Of a stretch of 64,000 nt of DNA, positions 42,708-55,476 are shown one piece after another. The first letter of the stretch is position 1. The number at the start of each line of letters is the position of its first letter. The translations under genes and the position numbers were made by a program. A model generated the notes under the pieces. It was not told the origin of the DNA, searched no databases, and was given only the letters and a program-made list of their open reading frames with translations. This stretch comes from an uncultured Candidatus Rokubacteria bacterium (GTDB lineage: Bacteria > Methylomirabilota > Methylomirabilia > Rokubacteriales > DASRDR01): the NCBI GenBank assembly GCA_963805625.1, contig CAWDVE010000017.1, forward strand, positions 1 through 64,000, in the 5' to 3' direction.

Positions 42708-43828
42708 TGAGGATCCCAATGCGCCTGCGTGTGGATGCCCACAGCCCGATCCCGATCCGCTGGCAGCTGACGGAGCAGCTGAAGCACGTCATCGAGGGCA
42801 ACGGCGTCCCGCGAGAGCAGGCGTTGCCGAGCATCCGGGAGCTGGCGGGCTTCCTCGGCATCAATCCGAACACGGTGGCGCGCGCGATCGAGGATCTGAA
42901 GCGGAGCGGGCACGTGAAAGCGCGGCGGGGCAAGGGGGTGTTTGTGGCCCCCGCGCGGCGCGCCCGCCCGTTCCCGGCTCGCCGCGAGGCCTTCCTGAAG
43001 GATGCGGTGATCCGCGGGGCGGCCCTCGAGATGACCCCCGACGACGTGGCGGTGGGTGTCCTGAGCATGGCTGGCGTCGGGTTGGCCGCCCTCCGGGGGG
43101 CCGCCGCGGTGCTCCTCGTCGAGTGCAGTCCGCCGGAGCTGGACTTCTTTGGGCGGGAACTCGAGGCGCACCTTCCGGTCCGCGTGGACAAGGTGCTCCT
43201 GAAGGACTTGGCGACCACCGTCCGACGGCAGACGGGGGCCCATCACTGGGCCGCTGCGGTCACCAGCTTTGGCCATCTCCCGGAAGTGGAACGCCGGCTG
43301 GACGGCCTGGGGGTCCCGGTGGTCGCGCTCCTCGCCGAGGTGCATCTGGAGACCCTCCACCGCCTGGCCCAGCTGCCGTCAGGGACGCGGATCGGCGTGG
43401 TCTCCGCCGAGCGCGAGACCGCCCACAACCTGGAGCACTCGATCGCCCACGCGGCCCTGCCGAACATCGCGCGGATCGAGGCCGGCCCGGCCGAGGGACC
43501 GGCGCTGAGTCGGCTGGTGCGGCGGGTGGACGCCATCGTCTGTTCCACCGCGGTCGCCGCGCGGGTTCAGGCGCTCGTGGGGCCCACGGTGCCGGTGATC
43601 GTCGACGACCGGGCCCTCAACCAGCGGGCCATCCAGATGCTCGGGGCCATCCTGGCGCAACAGGACGGCGACCACCCGACCGCCACGCCCCCTCTCGCTC
43701 GGGGGCGCCTGGGTCCTCGTCCAGTCCGAGCGTCCCCCGCCAGGCCGCATCCCCGGGGAGACCACAACGGCCCGGTCAGGCAGTGGAGCCATCACCCGAT
43801 GAAGGGAGACGAGTCATGCATGTCGTGA
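42707..43828 (+). CDS. GntR-family regulator: YtrA/PlmA-type wHTH plus large alpha/beta C-terminal domain
   Basis: VDAHSPIPIRWQLTEQLK...LPSIRELAGFLGINPNTVARA...RRGKGVFV; C-terminal layout recalls cyanobacterial PlmA. Confidence 0.88.
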   Translation: MRIPMRLRVDAHSPIPIRWQLTEQLKHVIEGNGVPREQALPSIRELAGFLGINPNTVARAIEDLKRSGHVKARRGKGVFVAPARRARPFPARREAFLKDAVIRGAALEMTPDDVAVGVLSMAGVGLAALRGAAAVLLVECSPPELDFFGRELEAHLPVRVDKVLLKDLATTVRRQTGAHHWAAAVTSFGHLPEVERRLDGLGVPVVALLAEVHLETLHRLAQLPSGTRIGVVSAERETAHNLEHSIAHAALPNIARIEAGPAEGPALSRLVRRVDAIVCSTAVAARVQALVGPTVPVIVDDRALNQRAIQMLGAILAQQDGDHPTATPPLARGRLGPRPVRASPARPHPRGDHNGPVRQWSHHPMKGDESCMS

Positions 43829-44067
43829 TGTGGGTGCTCGTGGCGGTGTTGGCCGGCTTGGTGGCCGGGTTCGTCATGAAGCGCGGGGGTTACGGGCGGG
43901 GATGGGACGTCGCCCTCGGACTCATCGGGAGCGTGGTCGTGAGCTGGGTCTTCCAGAGCCCGTGGGTCTCTCCCGACCCGGGCATGATGGCGGTGACCCT
44001 CGTCGCGGCCGCCGGCGCGGCGGGCCTGATCGTCGCCCAGCGCACGATCTTTCCCGCCGGCGCCTAG
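43816..44067 (+). CDS. GlsB/YeaQ/YmgE-family stress membrane protein
   Basis: WVLVAVLAGLVAG..MKRGGYG..WDVALGLIGS. Confidence 0.8.
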   Translation: MHVVMWVLVAVLAGLVAGFVMKRGGYGRGWDVALGLIGSVVVSWVFQSPWVSPDPGMMAVTLVAAAGAAGLIVAQRTIFPAGA

Positions 44068-44147
44068 GACCCGTCATGTGGATTGAGTCATCCCGGCGCG
44101 CCGCGCCGGAGTCCGACCAACGTCGTGATCATCGGGGAGGAGCCAAC

Positions 44148-44540
44148 ATGGACGCGAATCGAGACAAGCGGAGTGTGGGACAGCGGTGGAGTGACGCACG
44201 ACCGAGCAAGACCGTGCTCTTCTGGTCTTGCGTCGCGTCGATGGTGCTGACGATGATCGTCGGCTTCAGCTGGGGCGGCTGGGTCACGGGGGGCACGGCC
44301 CGGGCCACGGCGGAGACCATGGCCCACGACGCCGTCGTTACGCGCCTGGCCCCGATCTGTGTCGTCCAATCTGGGCGGGATCCGGCCAACGCCGTGAAGC
44401 TCGTGGCGCTGAAAGACGAGAGCTCGTGGCAGCGCGGCGAGTATATCGGCAAGCAGGGGTGGGCGACGATGCCGGGTGAGCAGGAGCCCGATCGCCGAGT
44501 GGCCGAGATGTGCGCCACACTGCTCATGCCGAGGAGCTAG
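44148..44540 (+). CDS. Membrane-anchored hypothetical protein with two Cys
   Basis: GFSWGGWVT...PICV...SWQR..Y....GWATMPG...CA; paralog of 47117..47467. Confidence 0.75.
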   Translation: MDANRDKRSVGQRWSDARPSKTVLFWSCVASMVLTMIVGFSWGGWVTGGTARATAETMAHDAVVTRLAPICVVQSGRDPANAVKLVALKDESSWQRGEYIGKQGWATMPGEQEPDRRVAEMCATLLMPRS

Positions 44541-44812
44541 TTCTGGAGCGGCGCCCGAGGAGATGGCTCCCCCCTGGAGCCATCTCCGCCCGACTTCTGG
44601 CCACGATTGGGCGCGTGGAGATGGCCCTCGAGCGCCACGTGCGTCGCCCGGCCCGTCCGCACGCGCGTGCGTGATCGGCCGGCCACCGACGTGGTAAGAA
44701 TCCCGCCCGGATCGGCCCTCACGGCAGAAGAGACGCCGAGCGAGCGGTCGGCGGCTTCAGCGGGAGCTCGAGAACGGGCCGTGCTGTGCGGGGGATCGAG
44801 GAGACCGTGACC

Positions 44813-45298
44813 ATGGAAGAGCCAGAAGACCTGAGGCGGGCCACGGAGCTCTGGCAGGAGGCCTACCGCCACCAGATGGAGGGCGAACTGGATCGCGCCA
44901 TGGAGCGCTACCAGCGGTCCATCGACGTCTACCCCACCGCGGAGGCGCACACCTTCATGGGCTGGGCCCTGAGCGTCCAGGGCCGATTGGACGAGGCCAC
45001 CGACGAGTGCCGCCGGGCGATCGAGATCGACCCGCAATTTGGCAATCCATATAACGACATCGGGGTCTATCTGACGCAGCAGGGCAAACCGGATGAAGCC
45101 ATCCCCTGGCTGGAGAAGGCCAAGCAGGCGACACGCTATGAGCCGCGGCAGTTCCCGTTTATGAACCTGGGTCGGATTTACCTCAGGCAGGGGCGCTGGT
45201 GGGAAGCGCTGCGGGAGTTCGAGGGGGCGGTGCGGTCGGCTCCGGATGACCGTGCCGCTCGCAGGGCGCTCCATGTCCTCCGCGCTCGCTTCAACTGA
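44813..45298 (+). CDS. TPR-repeat protein
   Basis: PTAEAHTFMGWALS, GNPYNDIGVYL, MNLGRIY. Confidence 0.82.
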   Translation: MEEPEDLRRATELWQEAYRHQMEGELDRAMERYQRSIDVYPTAEAHTFMGWALSVQGRLDEATDECRRAIEIDPQFGNPYNDIGVYLTQQGKPDEAIPWLEKAKQATRYEPRQFPFMNLGRIYLRQGRWWEALREFEGAVRSAPDDRAARRALHVLRARFN

Positions 45299-45546
45299 CC
45301 CGGTCTGGTGCGGTCACGGTTCACCCTGCCGGGGTCGGAGAGCGGGTGGGGGAAGGTCGAAGGTCAAGCGATACGACGCGATAAAATTCCGTCGCCCCTT
45401 CTGGCCCGACGGTTGCCTGGCCTTCTGGGTTGAGCCCAAACGGTTTCGGCTGGTGTGGCGTCGAGAGGCGACGCTCACGGTGACCGCCTGCGATGAGCCA
45501 GGCGGGTGGCGGCCCGGAATTGGCGACCTCAAGGGGAGGCCCATCG

Positions 45547-46403
45547 ATGGAATCGGCCCTCTACGTCGTCCCGGTGCTCATCATCATCGTCGCGTTCCTG
45601 TCCACGGCGATCAAGGTCCTTCGCGAGTATGAGCGGGCCGTCATCTTCCGGCTCGGCCGGCTGATCGCCGCCAAGGGCCCCGGCCTCGTCCTGCTCATTC
45701 CGCTCGTGGACAAGATGGTCAAGGTGAGCCTGCGCACGCTGGCCATGGAGGTTCCCCCGCAGGATGTGATCACGCGCGACAACGTCTCCGTCAAGGTGAG
45801 CGCGGTGGTGTGAGCGCGGTGGTGTTCTTCCGGGTCCTGGATCCCCGGAACGCCGTGGTCCAGGTCCAGGACTTCCTCTTCGCGACCTCCCAGATCGCCC
45901 AGACGAACCTCCTAGCCTCGCGCGACAAGATCAACCAGCAGCTCCAGCGGATCATCGACGAGCACACGGGTCCCTGGGGGGTGAAGGTGACGACGGTCGA
46001 GGTGAAGCAGGTGGACCTGCCGCAGGACATGCAGCGGGCGATGTCGAAGCAAGCCGAGGCCGAGCGGGGGCGGCGGGCTAAGGTCATCAACGCCGAGGGC
46101 GAGTACCAGGCGGCGGAGAGGCTCGCGCAGGCCGCCCGAGTGCTGGCCGGCACCCCGATCGCCGTCCAGCTCCGGTTTCTGCAGACGATGCGGGAGGTGG
46201 CCTCGGAACGAAACACGACCACCTTCGTCCCCGTGCCCATCGATCTCGTTGCGCCCTTCCTGACCGCGCGCCAGAAGCCGCTCTCGCCCCTGATTCTCGC
46301 CGACGCGCGGAGCGGAGGGCGCGTGGTCGGGTCAGGTCAGGCGAGTGGCGGAGGAGGACGGAGTGCCCGGGTGCTCGGTGAAGACGCGGCTGGACGCCAA
46401 TGA
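45547..46403 (+). pseudogene. SPFH/stomatin-like (slipin) gene, disrupted
   Basis: [27 protein letters not shown]; 14-bp tandem duplication at 45796-45823 shifts the frame; apparent internal deletion after AQTN. Confidence 0.85.
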
Positions 46404-46429
46404 ACACCACACTGGGAGGGCGGAACGCG

Positions 46430-47068
46430 ATGCGAACCTGGCGACTCTCGACCCTGGCGGCAGGATTCACGGTCGTGATGACGGGGCCGGGATTCTTGGC
46501 CGACACCGTCCGGGTATTCCGGTATGATGGCGGCCTTCAATGCGGAATGGGGCAGGCCGTGCCCTTGGATGACATGGCGAAGGAGCTCACGGCCGTCAAC
46601 ATCACAGTCCTCTCAAGTGAGAAGCGAGTCGTGCCGGGCTTCATCATCGCCCTGTGTGGCGCCCCGACCGGCACCGCGAACGTCTATGAGATCGCAAAGG
46701 ATGATGTGCCGCGAATCCCGGCTGACCCACAGGGAGTCAAGAGATTTCAGTCCTGGGTGTATGACGATCCCTCACTCGACGTCGCGAAGTATGACGGAAG
46801 CCTGCAATGTGACATGGGGCAACCCGTGTCACTGGACCAAATGGAGAAGGAGTTGCACGCCGCGAACATCGCCGTCGAGGCCAAAGCGAAGAAGGCGGAT
46901 GGGATTCAACACCCCCGGATGTGCGGAGCGTCGACGGGCACGATGAACGTGTATCGGATCAAGACGTCAGACCTGGAGAAGGCTCGAGCATTAGGCTTCG
47001 TTCTGTACATTGAAGGGATCTCGATCGCGAGAGCTCGAGCGGGGAGTCACGTGGCGAGGCGACCCTGA
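46430..47068 (+). CDS. Secreted protein with two tandem Cys-containing repeats
   Basis: YDG.LQC.MGQ.V.LD.M.KEL...CGA.TGT.NVY.I occurs twice. Confidence 0.7.
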   Translation: MRTWRLSTLAAGFTVVMTGPGFLADTVRVFRYDGGLQCGMGQAVPLDDMAKELTAVNITVLSSEKRVVPGFIIALCGAPTGTANVYEIAKDDVPRIPADPQGVKRFQSWVYDDPSLDVAKYDGSLQCDMGQPVSLDQMEKELHAANIAVEAKAKKADGIQHPRMCGASTGTMNVYRIKTSDLEKARALGFVLYIEGISIARARAGSHVARRP

Positions 47069-47116
47069 ACACGTCAGCGATGCAGACCGCGCCGCGCCAT
47101 GGTGGGGTCGGCGCGC

Positions 47117-47467
47117 TCATTTCTTGAAGAGCAGCTCAAGCCCATCGGCACATCCCCGAGCGACCGCATAGCCACCCTCTTTTTGCCCTGGCATCTTGTC
47201 CCAGCCCCCTTTTTCGATGGCTTCCGCTCTCTGCCAGCTCCCGAGTTCCGAGAGTTCTTTCAGTTTCGCTTCGTGGTTCGGTTCCTTCATAAATTGGGCG
47301 ACGCAGATCGCCGCCTGACTCGCCACCACCGCGTCTTGGGTCCTCGTGTGGCTCGTGCTGGAGGTGGTCCAGCCACCCCACGCAAAGCCGAGGATCATGG
47401 CGATGACGGCCCCACAAATCAGGCCCCACACTCCATACTTAATCTTCGCGGTCGTCTCTGGCTTCAT
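47117..47467 (-). CDS. Membrane-anchored hypothetical protein, paralog of 44148..44540
   Basis: GFAWGGWTT...AICV...SWQR....GWDKMPG...CA. Confidence 0.75.
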   Translation of the reverse strand: MKPETTAKIKYGVWGLICGAVIAMILGFAWGGWTTSSTSHTRTQDAVVASQAAICVAQFMKEPNHEAKLKELSELGSWQRAEAIEKGGWDKMPGQKEGGYAVARGCADGLELLFKK

Positions 47468-47562
47468 CGACACGGCCTCCTGACACTCACGGGAAGTTCT
47501 ATGGACCGATGTCCGCCCCTGTCGTGGCGCGCCGCGATCGGACACTTCCTCTTGATCAGTTT

Positions 47563-47800
47563 CGAGGATCTTGTCAATTGTGTGGAAACAACCTCAGGCG
47601 GCAGCCTTCTCATGGGCGGTGGCCTCGATCGGTGTGACTCGGATCCCATCCGTGTACGGCACGCCCTCCACCACCTTGGCAGGAGCGCGGGGGCCTTCAG
47701 CGTGCGGAAGCGTTGCTCCACGATCCGTCGCATCTTCCCGATGACGGCCGTCGCGGTCGCCACCTTCATGGACCGCGTCGCCGCCGCCGTCCGCAGCCGC
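47563..47800 (-). mobile_element. IS256-family 3' remnant
   Basis: KVATATAVIGK...EQRFRTLKAP tail and TTTCCACACAATTGACAAGATCCTC-type end. Confidence 0.55.
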
Positions 47801-47818
47801 ACCGCCGCAACGAGTCAC

Positions 47819-48106
47819 TCACGACGACGCCGGCCCGTCGGGTCCAGGGCACGGATCAGGGGCTGACTCGGGCACTGTGTCCCCGGGGTGTGGGGTCCAC
47901 GTCCCCGCGGCATACTCGCGCAAGGCCTGCAGGAGGATCCAGCGGAGCGTGGTCCTCTCGCGCCGGGCGCGGGCCCGTGCGGCCCGTTGAAGACCGCGGG
48001 GCACGCCGCGCACCAGATAGATACCGGTGGTTGCTATCCGAGCCAGCACGCGAGCCGACATGCGGGGGCCCACGCCCCCGGGTGCGTCCACAGGTCGCAC
48101 CATCAT
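47819..48106 (-). CDS. Possible ribbon-helix-helix DNA-binding protein
   Basis: YLVRGVPRGLQRAARARARRERTTLRWILLQALREYA; GAGGAGGG RBS. Confidence 0.55.
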   Translation of the reverse strand: MMVRPVDAPGGVGPRMSARVLARIATTGIYLVRGVPRGLQRAARARARRERTTLRWILLQALREYAAGTWTPHPGDTVPESAPDPCPGPDGPASS

Positions 48107-48208
48107 GGTTCCCTCCTCACGCAGAGCGCAGCGGTTCTCCAGACCGTGAAGGCATGCGAGCTCGCCGTGACGAGCGCCCTCGGGCATCGGAGGCCGTTCG
48201 GACACGAA

Positions 48209-48490
48209 TCACGAGAGGGGTATCCGGGAACGAGGGAGTGCACCGTCATCTGTTCGGTCCCGCGTTCGCATCCCCGGCAGCGACAGTCTTCCGGCGAACA
48301 TCAAAAAGTCTGCGACGCCAAAGAGATCGGTATAGGTCGTCCCGTTCCAGCGGAGGGATACGAACGGCTCGGGTGTGTGACGCTCCTCGAAGTCGATCGC
48401 ATACTTCTCGAGAAGGCCCTTTGCCCGGTGTGCGTCCTTGGTGCCATTCAAGTACAACGTCGGCTTGGGGGGCGGATCCGTCCAGTTCAT
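48209..48490 (-). CDS. Small glutaredoxin-fold-like protein lacking CxxC
   Basis: TLYLNGTKDAHRAKGLLEKYAIDFEE...SLRWNG..Y..LFGVADFL. Confidence 0.4.
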   Translation of the reverse strand: MNWTDPPPKPTLYLNGTKDAHRAKGLLEKYAIDFEERHTPEPFVSLRWNGTTYTDLFGVADFLMFAGRLSLPGMRTRDRTDDGALPRSRIPLS

Positions 48491-48643
48491 CCCAGGCCTG
48501 AACTCCGTTCGGGAACCGCTCGTCCGCCATGAGGATAAGGGACGCACGAGAATTGGCCCGTGGGCATCCGGTGCTGACCGGCGGATCGAGGTTGGACTGT
48601 GCGCATCCGCGGGCGGATCCATCGGGATTCTCCAAGACTGTAC

Positions 48644-48682
48644 TGTATTACTACATTAGTACACTAGAGGACCGTGAGTCAA
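48644..48682 (-). promoter_or_regulatory. Promoter with GntR operator box 2
   Basis: Minus strand TTGACT-N18-TAATGT; box TGTACTAATGTAGTAATACA (48663-48644). Confidence 0.75.
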
Positions 48683-48767
48683 GCGCTCCCCCAATGCCGC
48701 CGCTCCTCTCCGGTGACCGGCGGACCCTCGACGCCCAGCCAGCGGAACCAGTGGACGTGATTGCGAT

Positions 48768-48795
48768 TGTATTACTGTACTAGGATAGTGATACA
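48768..48795 (+). promoter_or_regulatory. GntR operator box 3 upstream of groES
   Basis: TGTACTAGGATAGTGATACA at 48776-48795 containing TAGGAT; extra half-site TGTATTA at 48768. Confidence 0.75.
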
Positions 48796-48857
48796 CTAGG
48801 AGCGATCGACGCACCACTCACCGCGCTCACACCCGCCAAGAGGGAGGTCCCCGAACC

Positions 48858-51060
<2,203 letters not shown>

Positions 51061-51079
51061 TGAGAGGAGAGGAGTACGC

Positions 51080-52106
51080 ATGGCCCAAGGCGGCTGGGGT
51101 CAGGGACCGATTGATATCGGCCGCGGGTTCACCATTCACCTGCCGTCGTTTTTACAGTCCCGCGCACGGATGGTGCGGCTGGTCGTGATCGCGATTGCCG
51201 TCCTCGTCCTTCTGCTCACCGGCTACTACCAGGTGGAGCCCGACGAGGTGGCCGTGGTCCAGCGCTTCGGCAAGTTCGTGCGTACCACCGACCCCGGTCC
51301 GCACGTCAAGATCCCCTTCGGCGTGGAGACCGTCACCAAGGTCCCGGTGAAGCGGACGCTGAAGATGGAGTTCGGCTTCCGCACCGTGCGGCCCGGCATC
51401 CACACCGAGTTCGCGCCGCCCAGCGACGAGACGCGCGCCGAGTCCATCATGCTCACCGGCGATCTGAACGTGGCGGTGGTCGAGTGGATCGTGCAGTTTC
51501 GCATCAAGGACCCCCGCCAGTTTCTCTTCGACGTGCGCGACGTGCCCAAGACCTTCCGGGACATGTCGGAGGCGGTCATGCGCGAGGTGGTGGGGGACCA
51601 CAGCGTGGACGAGGTCATCACCATCGGCCGTGATGCCATCGGGCTCCAGGCGAAGGAGCAGCTGCAGAAGCTCTGCGACCGCTACGGGATCGGGATTGAC
51701 GTCCAGCAGCTCGTGCTCCAGGACGTGAACCCACCGGACGCGGTGAAGCCGGCCTTCAACGAGGTGAACCAGGCCATCCAGGAGAAGGAGCGGGCCATCA
51801 ACGACGCCTGGGCCGAGTACAACAAGGCGGTGCCGCGGGCGAAGGGCGAGGCGGAGCAGGCGGTGCGCTCGGCCGAGGGCTACGCGCTCGAGCGCGTGAA
51901 CCACGCCGAGGGTGACGCCAAGCGCTTCGACGCGATCTGACGCGGAATACAAGAAGGCCCCCGCGGTCACGCGCCGGCGCATCTACCTCGAGACGATGGC
52001 CCAGCTCCTGCCCAAGCTCGGCCGCAAGCTGATCCTCGACGACAAGGCCAAAGGCATCCTGCCCCTCCTTCAGCTCGACGGTGAGACGAAGGAGGTGAAG
52101 CCGTGA
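51080..52106 (+). CDS. hflK: FtsH modulator HflK with a +1 frameshift near 51938
   Basis: MLTGDLNV, LQDVNPP..VKPAFNEV, AEGDAKRF; removing one base restores IYAEYKKAPAVTRRRIYLETM. Confidence 0.9.
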
Positions 52107-53038
52107 GGCCCCCGCTTCGCTTCATCGTCGCGGCCGTCATCCTCGTGCTCCTGTTCTCGTCCGTCTACACCGTCTCGGAGACCGAGCAGGCCATTCTCGT
52201 CCAGTTCGGCATGCCGGTGGGCGGTCTCGTCAAGGATCCCGGCCTGCACCTGAAGGTGCCGTTCATCCAGGACGTGCATCGCTTCGACAAGCGCTGGCTG
52301 GAGTTCGACGCCGATCCCCGCGAGATCCCCACCAAGGACAAGAAGTACATCTGGGTGGACACCTATGCGCGGTGGCGCATCGTCGACCCCCTGCGCTTCT
52401 ACCAGGCCGTGCGCGACGAGCGCGGGGCGCAGAGCCGGCTCGACGACGTCGTCCACGGTCAGACGCGCAACGCGGTGGCGTCGTTCGACCTCATCGAGCT
52501 GGTCCGCTCCAGCGACCGGCCCTTCCAGATCACCGAGGAGCTGGAGGGGATCGGCGCCGCCGAGGCCATGGCCAAGATCATGTCGGGCCGCGAGAAGATC
52601 GCCCAGATCGTCCTGAAGAGAGCCGCGGAGATCACGCCCCCCTACGGGATCGAGCTGGAAGACGTGCGCTTCCATCGGATCAACTACGTGGAGACGGTGC
52701 AGCAGAAGGTCTTCGAGCGGATGATCTCGGAGCGGAAGCGGATCGCCGAGCGCAGCCGCTCCGAGGGCCAGGGCCGCGCCGCCGAGATCCGCGGGCAGAA
52801 AGAGCGCGACATGCTGGCCGCCTCGTCGGTCGGCTACAGGACCGCGCAGGAGGTGAAGGGCGCGGCCGACGCCAAGGCCACGGCCATCTACGCCCACGCC
52901 TACAACAAGGACCCGGACTTCTACCAGTTCTGGAAGACGATGGAGACGTTGCACAGCAGCCTGGACGAGAAGACCTGGCTCATTCTCTCCACCGACTCGG
53001 AGCTGCTCAAGTACCTGAAAGACAGCGGCGGGCGCTGA
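52103..53038 (+). CDS. hflC: FtsH modulator HflC
   Basis: PGLHLKVPFIQ, TKDKKYIWVD.YARWRI.DP, RMISERKRIA, DPDFYQF. Confidence 0.93.
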   Translation: MRPPLRFIVAAVILVLLFSSVYTVSETEQAILVQFGMPVGGLVKDPGLHLKVPFIQDVHRFDKRWLEFDADPREIPTKDKKYIWVDTYARWRIVDPLRFYQAVRDERGAQSRLDDVVHGQTRNAVASFDLIELVRSSDRPFQITEELEGIGAAEAMAKIMSGREKIAQIVLKRAAEITPPYGIELEDVRFHRINYVETVQQKVFERMISERKRIAERSRSEGQGRAAEIRGQKERDMLAASSVGYRTAQEVKGAADAKATAIYAHAYNKDPDFYQFWKTMETLHSSLDEKTWLILSTDSELLKYLKDSGGR

Positions 53039-53278
53039 CCGCTCACCTCTCCACGGGTACCATGAGGGCACGGCGCGTGACTCCCGGCGCCTGAGGTTGT
53101 CCTTCGCCAACACTCCGTCCAGCGGAGAGACGGTTGATGCCTCGGCCCTGATCCGGAGACACTCGTCGTCCCATGACCGGCTCCACCTCGTTCGCCGCAG
53201 AGGAACGGGCAGAGTCGGAGCAGCTGTCACGCCGCCCCCGGCGGTGTTGAGCCGCACCGCGCGGGGGCGTCTTTGTGA

Positions 53279-53512
53279 CTACTTCAGCAACTCCGGATCG
53301 AGGCTGATCAGGTCGTTATGGGCCATCCCGACGGCCAGCTCGCCGCCCGTCTCCAGGAGCTCGTCGTGTGGGATGGCCCGGGCCGTTCGCTGCCCTTCGA
53401 CCTCCAGCGTGCGGGCCAGCCAGTCGGCTAGCCTCAGATTTGGCCCCGCGGCGACGGTATACCACCGCTGCCCATCGAGCTCCGCCGACGCCACCTGTAC
53501 GTAGACAATCAT
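53279..53512 (-). CDS. Cassette gene B copy 2 (77 aa)
   Basis: Near-identical protein to 24615..24848. Confidence 0.75.
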   Translation of the reverse strand: MIVYVQVASAELDGQRWYTVAAGPNLRLADWLARTLEVEGQRTARAIPHDELLETGGELAVGMAHNDLISLDPELLK

Positions 53513-53534
53513 CCTCGCTGCCCCTGTCGCATCT

Positions 53535-53948
53535 CTAGGACGCGGCCTCGGCGAGAATCTTGACCTCGATCATCTGGCGCCCCAGCTCCTGGGCCACGAG
53601 GTACGCGGCGTAGTCGTCGTACATCACGAGCGCCCCGCTCTCATCGCGGTAGACGTGCCACACCAGGGCGCCCGCCAAGGCGCGCTGGACGATAGCCGCG
53701 TGGAGCGAGGGCTCCTCGCGGAGCGAGGCGCGGACGCGATGGAGGGTCTGCGGGTGATGCACTCGGAGCGACGCGAGCGGGACGGTGGCCCCGACGACAG
53801 ACACGGTCCCCTGAATCAGACCGACCTCGAGCGCCACCAGACGGTCATCGCGGGGCGAGTTGAGAGGGGCCGGCGCCTCACGGTGCTTGACGGCAATCCT
53901 TCGCGCCGTCCGATGCTGCGGCTTCTCAGGCCGACGCTTCCGACGCAT
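53535..53948 (-). CDS. Cassette gene A copy 2 (137 aa)
   Basis: Near-identical protein to 24864..25277. Confidence 0.75.
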   Translation of the reverse strand: MRRKRRPEKPQHRTARRIAVKHREAPAPLNSPRDDRLVALEVGLIQGTVSVVGATVPLASLRVHHPQTLHRVRASLREEPSLHAAIVQRALAGALVWHVYRDESGALVMYDDYAAYLVAQELGRQMIEVKILAEAAS

Positions 53949-54008
53949 GAGGTCCCTCCTTTCCCATGACGGTCACTCCAACAGCGCCGTCCCCGGCACG
54001 CCGAGGGA

Positions 54009-54215
54009 TCATCTGACCAGGTCCTCGACCTTGATCCGAAGCGCCTTCGCGAGGCTGTGCAAGGTGCTCAACGGCGGGTCGTAACGGCCGGCCTCGATCT
54101 TGTTCACGTACTCGCGGCTGAAGCCGGCGCGATCCGCCGGAGCGGCCTGACTGAGCGTCCTCGCCTGCCGGAGCTTTCTGAGTGTCACGCCCACTTGCCT
54201 TGGTGTCGGCGTCAT
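54009..54215 (-). CDS. XRE-family HTH regulator
   Basis: LRKLRQARTLSQ...AGFSREYVNKIEAGRYDPPLSTL..LAKAL. Confidence 0.82.
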   Translation of the reverse strand: MTPTPRQVGVTLRKLRQARTLSQAAPADRAGFSREYVNKIEAGRYDPPLSTLHSLAKALRIKVEDLVR

Positions 54216-55089
54216 TCGATGTGAACCCTCAGTTTCACTGTCAAGAATCGCTGCCAGCACGAAACCAGGCGTCGGTCACGCCTCCACCGCCGAGTTCGCA
54301 TACTCGATCCAGCGGTCGATCCGGCGCAGCCACCGGTGGAGATGGGGCGGGCTGGTCCGGAAGGTGACCCGGGCGCCCTCGAGCCCCAGGCGGCCGAGCT
54401 CCGGCGTATACCGCTCGGGCGTCAGCGCGGGCGGCGGCCGGAGAAAGGCGGCGCGCCACGCCGGCGAGGGGACCGCACTGAGCGCGACCTCGTAGAGCGC
54501 TTGGGACGGCGTGGCCAGGGCGATCGGGTGGGGTGGACGCCGAACCCGGCGGATGGCCAGGGGCCGTTCAGCGCGGCCTCGCCGGCCCGGGCTCACGGAA
54601 GCGCGTCCTGGCGCCGCACCATGTGGAAGCCCAGCACGTCCTACGCGTTCGGCCGCGGCCATCGCCGATGCCGCCGGCGCCGGTCGACCGCAGCCGACCG
54701 GCCGGGCGTCCGTCGCTCGCGCAGCCGCCGGTCCCAGCTCACCGTGACGCCCTCCCATGGCCTCGCCGTCAGCCATCCATCGAGGGCGCTGCACGACGAC
54801 CAGGTGCACTCCGTCGTCCCCCAACTCTCCCGGCTGTGGCCCCGCCCGACCCTACCAAGAGCTCGCTTCCGGCGCCAGACGGGGCCGCGACGGCAAGCCG
54901 GGAAGCGCGATACCGTGGACGCTCTCGGGACACGCTCGGATCGGCCGTGGCGGCAGCTTCCCAATGCCGGCTGCGCGCGGCTGACCCTCCCGAAGAGTCA
55001 GTTGCTGACCCCGCGGATCTGCCCGCACTCGGTTGCCGAAGGACTCCCCGCCGTGGCCCCGTCACCGCCGCGGCCATGGCTCTTTGCCC

Positions 55090-55128
55090 TTGACCAATGT
55101 TGTACTAGTGTACTATGATAGTCATACA
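55090..55128 (+). promoter_or_regulatory. Promoter with GntR operator box 4
   Basis: TTGACC-N18-TATGAT; box TGTACTATGATAGTCATACA at 55109-55128; extra half-site TGTACTA at 55101. Confidence 0.8.
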
Positions 55129-55130
55129 GT

Positions 55131-55345
55131 ACGGAGGATCCTGATGCGCCTGCCCGTCGATGCCCACGGCCCGATCCCGGCCCGCTCGCAGCTCACGGAT
55201 CAGCTGAAGCACGTCATCGAGGGCGGCGGCGTCCTGCGGGACAAGCCGGCTTAGCATCCGGGAGATGGCCGGTGGCCTCAGGCAGCAATCCGAATCCGGC
55301 GGCGCGCGCCATCGAGGATCTCAAGCGGAGCGGATACCGGCCGCT
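55131..55345 (+). pseudogene. Decayed copy of the gntR 5' region
   Basis: RILMRLPVDAHGPIPARSQLTDQLKHVIEG, then stop and frameshifts; DNA homology extends to GCCATCGAGGATCTCAAGCGGAGCGG. Confidence 0.85.
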
Positions 55346-55476
55346 CCACCCTTGCCCAGAGGCGCCTTGAGCCCTCGTCCATCCCGGGGGCGCCCACCGT
55401 CAAAGGGCGCCACGCGTTGAGACGGCGAAGGGGACGGGACGCGGGTGAGCCGTAATCCGGTGAAGGAGGACGAGTC

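Noticed and set aside
51930-51945. UGA read-through in hflK (and likewise at 30397)
   Set aside because: Homology continues in a different frame, so these are frameshifts, not in-frame stops
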